Of a stretch of DNA of 32,000 nucleotides, positions 25,378 to 32,000 are shown one piece after another (the first letter of the stretch is position 1; every line of letters starts with the position of its first letter). Below the pieces are notes generated by a model, which saw only the letters and a list, made by a program, of their open reading frames with translations, searched no databases and was not told the DNA's origin. Both the position numbers and the translations under genes were made by a program. The DNA is from Oryzomonas sagensis (GTDB lineage Bacteria; Desulfobacterota; Desulfuromonadia; Geobacterales; Pseudopelobacteraceae), in the NCBI RefSeq assembly GCF_008802355.1, contig NZ_VZRA01000003.1:324374-356373 (forward strand), in the 5' to 3' direction.

Positions 25378-26524
25378 AATCCTTGATTTCAAAAGGTGCT
25401 TCGTTCAGGCACTCGATAAAGACGTCCACCAGGAACGGGTCGAATTGGGCCCCCTTCTGTTCTTGCAGCTCCCGGACGGCGGCCTCTTTTTCCTGGGCCG
25501 GCCGGTAGGAGCGGACGGAGAGCATGGCATCGAAGGCGTCGGCTATGCTGACGATACGCGCGTGGAGCGGGATCTGCTCACCCTTGAGGCGGGCGGGATA
25601 GCCGGTTCCGTCCCAACGCTCGTGATGGTGCAGGATGGTCGGCACGATGTGGCCCAGGCCTTCGATCCCCACGATAAAGAGCGTGCCCTTGAGGGGGTGT
25701 TCCCGGATGAGGGTCTCCTCACGCCGGTTGAGGCGTCCCGGCTTGTTGAGCAGATCGTCCTCGGTGCCGAATTTTCCGATATCGTGAAGAATGGCGCCAA
25801 GGTACAGGTCGCGCAGTTTGGCCTCGGAAAGTTTCAGTTTGGAGCCGATGCAGAGACAGTATTCGGTAACCCGTTTTGCATGCCCCTGGGTATAGGTGTC
25901 CTTCAATTCCAGTGCTCCCACCAGCGCCTGGATGGTACTGTTGAACAGACGTTGATCCCATACCTCGTCATCCATGGCATCGCTGACCAGCATGGCCTTG
26001 GCCACATCTTCCGAAGCGTGGTTGCCGGCCAGCCGGGAAACGACGGCCAGGGCAAAGGGGAGCGCCGTGCCCGGCCCCTGGCTGGTGATGAATTTTCCAT
26101 CGTTCACCACGGCTTTATCGCGGTAGTATGCCCCGCCAAGCCGTTCCCGGTACGCGGGGTAGGAGGTCGCCTGGCGGCCGTTGAGCAGGCCGGCGCTGGC
26201 GAGCACGATCGGCGCGGCGCAAATGGCGCCGAGCAGCTTGCCGGCTGCGTGGAAATCCTTGAGCAGTTTGTCTATCCGGATGTCCGAGTTGAGGTTGTCG
26301 CTGCCCGGTTGACCACCGGGAAGGATGATCATGTCGAATTCGTCGACTCGGGCGGTATCGATGGTCGTATCGGGTATGACGGCGACCTTGCGGGTGCTGG
26401 TCACCGGTCCCGGATGCAGGCCGGCCGTGACGACTTCGATCCCGGCCCTGCGGAGTACGTCGATGATGGTAACGGCTTCAAGCTCTTCAAAGCCTTCGGC
26501 TAACGGAATCAGTACCTTTGGCAT
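25361..26524 (-). CDS. DJ-1/YajL (PfpI-superfamily) domain fused to an HD-GYP phosphohydrolase domain, 387 aa
   Basis: ATG at 26524 (RBS GGGAGAGAG) is preferred to the track's 26677. The N-terminal half (MPKVLIPLAEGFEELE...LPGG...GAICAAP...SQGPGT) is a full DJ-1/YajL module with the nucleophile-elbow Cys. The C-terminal half carries GHAKRV, LHDIGK, REHP, HHHERWDGTGYP and IADAFDAM, an intact HD-GYP ligand set. Confidence 0.8.
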   Translation of the reverse strand: MPKVLIPLAEGFEELEAVTIIDVLRRAGIEVVTAGLHPGPVTSTRKVAVIPDTTIDTARVDEFDMIILPGGQPGSDNLNSDIRIDKLLKDFHAAGKLLGAICAAPIVLASAGLLNGRQATSYPAYRERLGGAYYRDKAVVNDGKFITSQGPGTALPFALAVVSRLAGNHASEDVAKAMLVSDAMDDEVWDQRLFNSTIQALVGALELKDTYTQGHAKRVTEYCLCIGSKLKLSEAKLRDLYLGAILHDIGKFGTEDDLLNKPGRLNRREETLIREHPLKGTLFIVGIEGLGHIVPTILHHHERWDGTGYPARLKGEQIPLHARIVSIADAFDAMLSVRSYRPAQEKEAAVRELQEQKGAQFDPFLVDVFIECLNEAPFEIKDFSYYF

Positions 26525-26729
26525 GCTCTCTCTCCCTGGTGAAGTGCTGGATTCGGATGCAATAGTAGCGAAGATGTCATAAAACTTAAACATAATTCCA
26601 TGGGTGACAGGCTGTATACCGTCTGGCTGGTGGGGCGGCATTCCGCCAAAGGCCATGCCCTGCATGAACGGCAGCATGGATGTGGTGGTGTGCAGCCCCG
26701 GCCCGGAACAGCGTCAATTTCCCAATTTA

Positions 26730-26759
26730 ATTGACTTTGCAGGTATGAATTGCGTATAA
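26730..26759 (+). promoter_or_regulatory. candidate sigma-70 promoter for miaB
   Basis: TTGACT (26730-26735), 18-nt spacer, TATAAA (26754-26759). Confidence 0.4.
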
Positions 26760-26773
26760 ACGATCACTTAACC

Positions 26774-28099
26774 ATGAACGAAAAACATCTCTTTATTGAA
26801 ACCTTCGGCTGCCAGATGAATGTGAACGATTCCGAGCGGATCGTCACCATGCTGGCCGATTTGGGGTATAGACCGACGACGGTGCCGGCGGATGCGGACA
26901 TGATCCTGCTCAATACCTGCAGTGTCCGGGGTGGGGCGGAAGAAAAGGTCTACAAGCGCCTCAGTCATTTCCGCAGCCTGAAAAAAGCGCACAGCGGCCT
27001 TATTTTGGGGGTCGGCGGCTGTGTGGCCCAGCAGGAGGGGGACCACCTCTTGCAAAAGTTTCCCTTTCTGGATCTGGTGTTCGGCACCCATAACCTGCAC
27101 CTGCTCCCCGACATGGTGCGGGGCGCGGAAAAGGGCGAGCGGCGTTGCGAGACGGCTTTTATCGATAACGACCAGCGTCTCGACCTGTTCCCCCCGGTCA
27201 AGGGGGCGAGCCGCTTGAGCCGCTTCGTGACCGTCATGCAGGGGTGCGACAATTTCTGCTCCTACTGTATCGTGCCCTATGTCCGGGGCCGTGAAATCAG
27301 CCGACGCGCGGCCGATATCCTTGACGAGGTCAGGCAGCTCGCCGCAGAGGGCGTTCAGGAGGTGGTGCTGCTCGGCCAGAATGTCAACTCATACGGCCTC
27401 AAGAGCGCCAACGAGCCGACTTTTGCCCAATTGATCAGGCAGGTCGCCGGGGTGGAGGGCATTCGCCGGGTCCGTTTTACCACCTCCCATCCCAAGGATA
27501 TGTCCGATGAACTGATCGCCTGTTTTGCGGATGTGCCCAAGCTGTGCGGCCAGGTTCATCTGCCGGCCCAGTCGGGCAGCGACGTGGTGCTGTCCCGCAT
27601 GAACCGGGGCTATTCCCGCGCGGCTTACCTGGACAGGATTCGCGCCCTCAAGGCGGCCCGGCCGGGCATCGCCATCACCGGCGACATGATCGTCGGCTTT
27701 CCCGGCGAGAGCGAGGCGGATTTCGAGCAGACCCTGACCCTGATGGAAGAGGTTCGCTACGCCGACCTCTTTTTGTTTGTCTATTCGGCGCGCCCCGGCA
27801 CCAAGGCCGCGGAACTGCCCGAGGAACTCTCCCGCGAGCAAAAGGTAGAGCGCCTGGAGCGCCTGCTGGGGCTGCAACGGCGCATCACCCTTGAGATCAA
27901 CAGGTCGTATCTCGGCACGCTCCAGGAACTTCTGGTAGAAGGGGAAGGGAAGCGGCCCGGCCAGGTGTCCGGCAAGGCGGAGAGCGGCAGGATCGTCAAT
28001 TTCCCGGGGGATCCCGCCCTGATCGGAAGCTTCGTCACGGTGCGCATCGTGGCGGCCTACCAGAATTCGTTGCTGGGGGAACTAGCGCAAAACCCGTAA
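26774..28099 (+). CDS. miaB: tRNA-2-methylthio-N6-dimethylallyladenosine synthase MiaB, 441 aa
   Basis: MNEKHLFIETFGCQMNVNDSE, LLNTCSVR, radical-SAM CDNFCSYCIVPYVRG, C-terminal TRAM domain. ATG 26774 is preferred to TTG 26750. Confidence 0.85.
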   Translation: MNEKHLFIETFGCQMNVNDSERIVTMLADLGYRPTTVPADADMILLNTCSVRGGAEEKVYKRLSHFRSLKKAHSGLILGVGGCVAQQEGDHLLQKFPFLDLVFGTHNLHLLPDMVRGAEKGERRCETAFIDNDQRLDLFPPVKGASRLSRFVTVMQGCDNFCSYCIVPYVRGREISRRAADILDEVRQLAAEGVQEVVLLGQNVNSYGLKSANEPTFAQLIRQVAGVEGIRRVRFTTSHPKDMSDELIACFADVPKLCGQVHLPAQSGSDVVLSRMNRGYSRAAYLDRIRALKAARPGIAITGDMIVGFPGESEADFEQTLTLMEEVRYADLFLFVYSARPGTKAAELPEELSREQKVERLERLLGLQRRITLEINRSYLGTLQELLVEGEGKRPGQVSGKAESGRIVNFPGDPALIGSFVTVRIVAAYQNSLLGELAQNP

Positions 28100-28105
28100 C
28101 CATAA

Positions 28106-28266
28106 ATCCGCCACAGAGACCCGGAACACGGGGGAAAGACCAAAAGCAGGAATGAACGGGATAACGATTTTTTTGATTTTCCAAAACAGTTTTACGATGT
28201 TATTCTGTTTGTCCCGGTAAAACGTCTATGAATTTCTCCGCGCCTCTGTGTCCCTGTGGCAGAAGT
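28106..28266. repeat. about 160-bp inverted-repeat element (MITE/REP-like), copy 2, more degenerate
   Basis: The left end ATCCGCCACAGAGACCCGGAACACG and right end TTTCTCCGCGCCTCTGTGTCCCTGTGGCAGAAGT match the ends of the 6028-6167 element in the same orientation. AT-rich core. The right end stops 24 nt before the glnS ATG. Confidence 0.7.
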
Positions 28267-28289
28267 CATTTTGAATTTGAGAGGCAATC

Positions 28290-29966
28290 ATGTCCACCGA
28301 ATCGACACCAACACCCGTAGCCAACAATTTTCTGCGTACCATCATCGAGGACGACCTGAAAAGCGGCAAGCACACGGCCATTGTCACCCGCTTCCCGCCG
28401 GAGCCCAACGGTTACCTGCATATCGGCCATGCCAAGTCCATCTGCATCAACTTCGGGTTGGCGCGGGATTTCGGCGGCTGCTGCCATCTGCGTTTCGACG
28501 ACACCAACCCTGCCAAGGAGGAGATGGAGTACATCGAGTCCATCAAGGAGAGTGTCCGCTGGCTCGGCTTTGACTGGGGCACGCATATGTACTGCGCCTC
28601 GGAATATTTCGAGCAGCTCTACCAATGGGCCGAGTACCTGATACAGCAGGGCAAGGCCTATGTGGAGGATCTCTCCGCCGATGAGATGCGCTCCTATCGC
28701 GGCACCCTGACCGAACCGGGCAAGGAGAGCCCCTGGCGCAATCGCTCCGTGGACGAGAACCTCGACCTGTTCCGCCGCATGCGGGCCGGCGAATTCGCCG
28801 ACGGGTCCAAGGTGCTCCGGGCGAAGATCGACATGGCCTCTCCCAACATCAACCTGCGCGACCCGGTGCTGTACCGTATCATTCACGCCACCCATCCCCA
28901 CGTGGGCGACGCTTGGTGCATCTATCCCATGTACGACTTTACCCATGGGCAATCCGATGCCATTGAAGGGATCACCCACTCCATCTGCACCCTGGAGTTC
29001 GAGGACCACAAGCCGCTGTACGAGTGGTTCCTGGACAACCTGCCGGTGCCGAGCCGCCCGCGGCAGTACGAGTTTGCCCGGCTCAATCTGACCTATGCGG
29101 TGATGAGCAAGCGCAAGCTCCACGAACTGGTCAATCTGGGGATCGTCAGCGGCTGGGATGACCCGCGCATGCCGACCCTGATGGGCATCAGGCGGCGCGG
29201 CTATACGCCCGAGGCTGTTCGGGCCTTCTGCGAAATGATCGGGGTGGGGCGCAGCGATTCCTGGATCGATATGTCCATCCTGGAGGAATGCGTCCGCGCC
29301 GACCTGAACGAGCGCGCCCCCCGCGCCATGGCGGTGCTCAGGCCACTCAAGGTCGTGGTTGATAACTATCCCGAGGGGCAGACCGAGGAGTTCGAGGCCC
29401 CCAATCATCCCCAGAAACCGGAAATGGGGAGCCACCAGGTCACCTTTTCCCGTGAGCTGTTCATCGAACAGGACGACTTCATGGAGGAGCCGCCCAAAGG
29501 GTTCTTCCGCATGACCCCCGGTTCCGAGGTGCGCCTCCGTTACGCCTATATCGTGCGCTGCACCGGTGTGGTCAAGGACGAGAACGACGCCATCGTCGAG
29601 GTGCATTGCGAATACGATCCCGCATCGAGGGGCGGCTCTGCCGCCGATGGCAGGAAGATCAAGGGCACCATCCACTGGGTTTCCCTGGCCCATGCCATCG
29701 ATGCCGAGGTGCGCCTGTTCGACCGCCTCTTCAGCGACCCGAATCCCGACCGGGGCGGGGCAGACTACAAGCAGTTTCTCAATCCGCTCTCCGTTGAGGT
29801 CATAGGGACCGCCAAACTGGAGAAGAGCCTGGCCGATGCCGACCCGGAGACCCGTTTCCAGTTCGAGCGCCAGGGGTATTTCCGTCCGGACCCTGTGGAT
29901 GCGCAACCGGGAAAACCGGTGTTCAATCGGATCGTCACCCTCAGGGATGCCTGGACTAAAAAGTGA
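28290..29966 (+). CDS. glnS: glutamine--tRNA ligase, 558 aa
   Basis: Class I signatures [14 protein letters not shown] (HIGH) and VMSKRKL (KMSKS). GlnRS-type C-terminal anticodon-binding beta-barrels. RBS GAGAGG. Confidence 0.92.
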   Translation: MSTESTPTPVANNFLRTIIEDDLKSGKHTAIVTRFPPEPNGYLHIGHAKSICINFGLARDFGGCCHLRFDDTNPAKEEMEYIESIKESVRWLGFDWGTHMYCASEYFEQLYQWAEYLIQQGKAYVEDLSADEMRSYRGTLTEPGKESPWRNRSVDENLDLFRRMRAGEFADGSKVLRAKIDMASPNINLRDPVLYRIIHATHPHVGDAWCIYPMYDFTHGQSDAIEGITHSICTLEFEDHKPLYEWFLDNLPVPSRPRQYEFARLNLTYAVMSKRKLHELVNLGIVSGWDDPRMPTLMGIRRRGYTPEAVRAFCEMIGVGRSDSWIDMSILEECVRADLNERAPRAMAVLRPLKVVVDNYPEGQTEEFEAPNHPQKPEMGSHQVTFSRELFIEQDDFMEEPPKGFFRMTPGSEVRLRYAYIVRCTGVVKDENDAIVEVHCEYDPASRGGSAADGRKIKGTIHWVSLAHAIDAEVRLFDRLFSDPNPDRGGADYKQFLNPLSVEVIGTAKLEKSLADADPETRFQFERQGYFRPDPVDAQPGKPVFNRIVTLRDAWTKK

Positions 29967-29992
29967 TACATGAAAGAGTGTGATCCAATTAT

Positions 29993-30883
29993 ATGAAAAA
30001 CAAAGAATTTAAATCGGGATTCGTCTCTATTGTCGGCCGCCCGAATGTGGGCAAGTCCACGCTGTTGAACCGCATCCTCGGTGAGAAGATCGTGGCGGTC
30101 TCGGATAAGCCGCAAACGACCCGCACCGTTATTCGCGGCATCGTCTCCGATGAGGCGAGCCAGATCGTGTTCGTGGACACGCCCGGCATCCACGCCGCCA
30201 AAAGCCGCATGAACCGGGCCATGGTGGATGCGGCCTACGGGGCCATTTCCGGCATCGACCTGCTCCTCTTGGTGGTGGACGCCACGGCGCCGCGGGACGA
30301 CGCCTTTGTGCGGGAGGTCGCGACCAAGGCTGGCGCTCCGGTCTTCCTGGTCCTGAATAAGGTCGATCTGGTCGAGCCCAAGGAGCGGCTTCTGGCGCTG
30401 ATCGCCTCTGTTTCGCGCCTGCACCCCTTTGCCGAGGTGGTGCCGATCTCGGCCCAGACCGGCGGCAACGTGGAGCGCTTGGTGGAGGTGATCCGCGGAC
30501 GCCTCCCCGAAGGGCCGGCCTATTTCCCCGACGATATCCTCACCGACCAGCCGGAAAAGGTGATCTGCGCCGAACTGGTGCGGGAGAAGATCTTTCGTTT
30601 GACCGGCGAAGAAGTTCCCTATGCTACGGCTGTTATGGTCGATTCCTTCAAGGAACGGGAGAATGGTGTGATCGCCATCAGTGCCACCATCCTGGTGGAA
30701 CGGGAAGGGCAGAAGGGGATCATCATCGGCAAAAAGGGGGCCATGCTCAAAAAGATCGGCCAGGCGGCCCGCGGCGATATTGAGCGCCTGCTGGGGACCC
30801 GGGTCTTTCTGGAACTGTTCGTCAAGGTGCAGGAGCGTTGGACCGAACGGACGGCCGTTCTGAGGGAGTTGGGATACGAATGA
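29993..30883 (+). CDS. era: GTPase Era, 296 aa
   Basis: G1 [13 protein letters not shown]3 DTPG, G4 NKVD, and a C-terminal KH domain ([18 protein letters not shown]). Confidence 0.92.
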   Translation: MKNKEFKSGFVSIVGRPNVGKSTLLNRILGEKIVAVSDKPQTTRTVIRGIVSDEASQIVFVDTPGIHAAKSRMNRAMVDAAYGAISGIDLLLLVVDATAPRDDAFVREVATKAGAPVFLVLNKVDLVEPKERLLALIASVSRLHPFAEVVPISAQTGGNVERLVEVIRGRLPEGPAYFPDDILTDQPEKVICAELVREKIFRLTGEEVPYATAVMVDSFKERENGVIAISATILVEREGQKGIIIGKKGAMLKKIGQAARGDIERLLGTRVFLELFVKVQERWTERTAVLRELGYE

Positions 30884-32000
30884 AACCTATTGTCGCCATA
30901 GTCGGCCGCCCCAACGTGGGCAAGTCCACCCTGTTCAACCGCCTGCTGGGCCATCGCCGCGCCATCGTGGACGATCTGCCCGGCGTAACCCGCGACCGCA
31001 ACTACGCCACCATCACCCGATTCGACAAGCCGTTCATCCTGATCGATACCGGCGGATTCGAACCGGTGACCGAGGACCGCTTGTTGCAGCAGATGCGGGA
31101 ACAATCCCGTCTGGCAATGGAAGAGGCCGATGTCATCATCTTCATGATGGATGCCAGGAGCGGGCTGACCCCCGCCGATATCGAAGTGGCCACGATGCTG
31201 CGCCGCGTTAAGAAGCCGATCTTCTACGTGGTCAACAAGGTGGACGGCGAGAAGCTGGAGAATGAGTCGGCCGAGTTCTACTCCCTGGGGATCGAGCGCC
31301 TCCATACCATATCGGCCGAACATAATCGGGGCATCATCGACCTGATGGAGGAGTTGCTGGATGTCTTTCCCGAGGCGGATGCCGGCATACCCGATGACGA
31401 GATCACCCGGATTGCCGTGGTGGGGCGTCCCAATGTGGGCAAATCGTCCCTGGTCAACCGGCTGCTCGGTTTCGAGCGGATGGTGGCCAATCCGACGGCC
31501 GGTACGACCCGCGATTCGGTGGATACCCTCTTCACCTGCAACAAAAAGAATTACCTGCTGATCGATACCGCCGGTATCCGCCGCAAGGGCAAGACCACTG
31601 AAAAACTGGAAAAATACAGCGTGGTGGACTCCCTGCGCAGCATCGAGCGGGCCGACGTCGTTCTGGTCGTCCTCGATGCCGAGGAGGGGGTGACGGAGCA
31701 GGATGAGCGCATCGCCGGTTATGTGCACGAGGCGGGCAGGGGATGCGTCTTTGTGGTCAACAAGTGGGATACCCTGGAAAAAGACAACAGCACCCTGGGG
31801 GTCTATGTGGACAAGGTCAGGACCGGCTTCAAGTACCTGGCCTATGCCCCGATCGTCTTCGTATCCGCCAAGACCGGCCAGCGCATCGGCAAGATCATGA
31901 CCACCGTGGATGAGGTCATGGGGCAGTACATACACCGGGTGACGACCTCGGACTTGAACCGGGTCTTTTCCGAGGCTACGGATACTCACCATGCGCCTTT
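30880..32000 (+). CDS. der: ribosome-biogenesis GTPase Der/EngA (3' end outside window)
   Basis: ATG overlaps the era stop (ATGA). [22 protein letters not shown]...DTGG...NKVD, then a second G domain [18 protein letters not shown]...DTAG...NKWD. The frame is open to the window end and absent from the ORF track because no stop is reached. Confidence 0.9.
   Translation, partial: MKPIVAIVGRPNVGKSTLFNRLLGHRRAIVDDLPGVTRDRNYATITRFDKPFILIDTGGFEPVTEDRLLQQMREQSRLAMEEADVIIFMMDARSGLTPADIEVATMLRRVKKPIFYVVNKVDGEKLENESAEFYSLGIERLHTISAEHNRGIIDLMEELLDVFPEADAGIPDDEITRIAVVGRPNVGKSSLVNRLLGFERMVANPTAGTTRDSVDTLFTCNKKNYLLIDTAGIRRKGKTTEKLEKYSVVDSLRSIERADVVLVVLDAEEGVTEQDERIAGYVHEAGRGCVFVVNKWDTLEKDNSTLGVYVDKVRTGFKYLAYAPIVFVSAKTGQRIGKIMTTVDEVMGQYIHRVTTSDLNRVFSEATDTHHAP

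Overview
Gene-dense, high-G+C chromosomal segment whose gene content and pilin sequence look like Geobacteraceae (Desulfuromonadota); this assignment is an inference with no database check. Most of the window is housekeeping. Order on the + strand unless marked: secF 3' end, TPR protein, recJ, a CDF transporter and hrpB (the last three translationally coupled), pgi (-), a large CheR-PAS-histidine kinase, eno (-), a MacAB-like efflux operon, zur-znuC-znuB, a DJ-1/HD-GYP fusion (-), miaB, glnS, era and der. The accessory-looking part runs from about 16.4 to 23.1 kb. It holds a sigma-54 response regulator (PilR-like), a well-formed sigma-54 promoter, a 72-aa Geobacter-type truncated pilin (PilA-N) and a secreted Ser/Thr-rich partner (PilA-C-like). 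Directly downstream sits a markedly lower-G+C four-gene cluster. It encodes a TMTC/PMT-like GT-C membrane protein with TPRs, an ABC-2 permease, a membrane-anchored helical-repeat protein with a GspG-like C-terminus, and an ABC ATPase. I consider this cluster the best candidate for an uncharacterised pilin or surface glycosylation and export system. Other points of interest are a DJ-1/YajL-HD-GYP fusion, two copies of a roughly 140-160 bp inverted-repeat (MITE/REP-like) element, GC-rich tandem palindromes, and a very strong hairpin with no U-tract. The long antisense ORFs in the track are high-G+C artefacts. All functional calls come from motif recognition by eye, and no searches were run.
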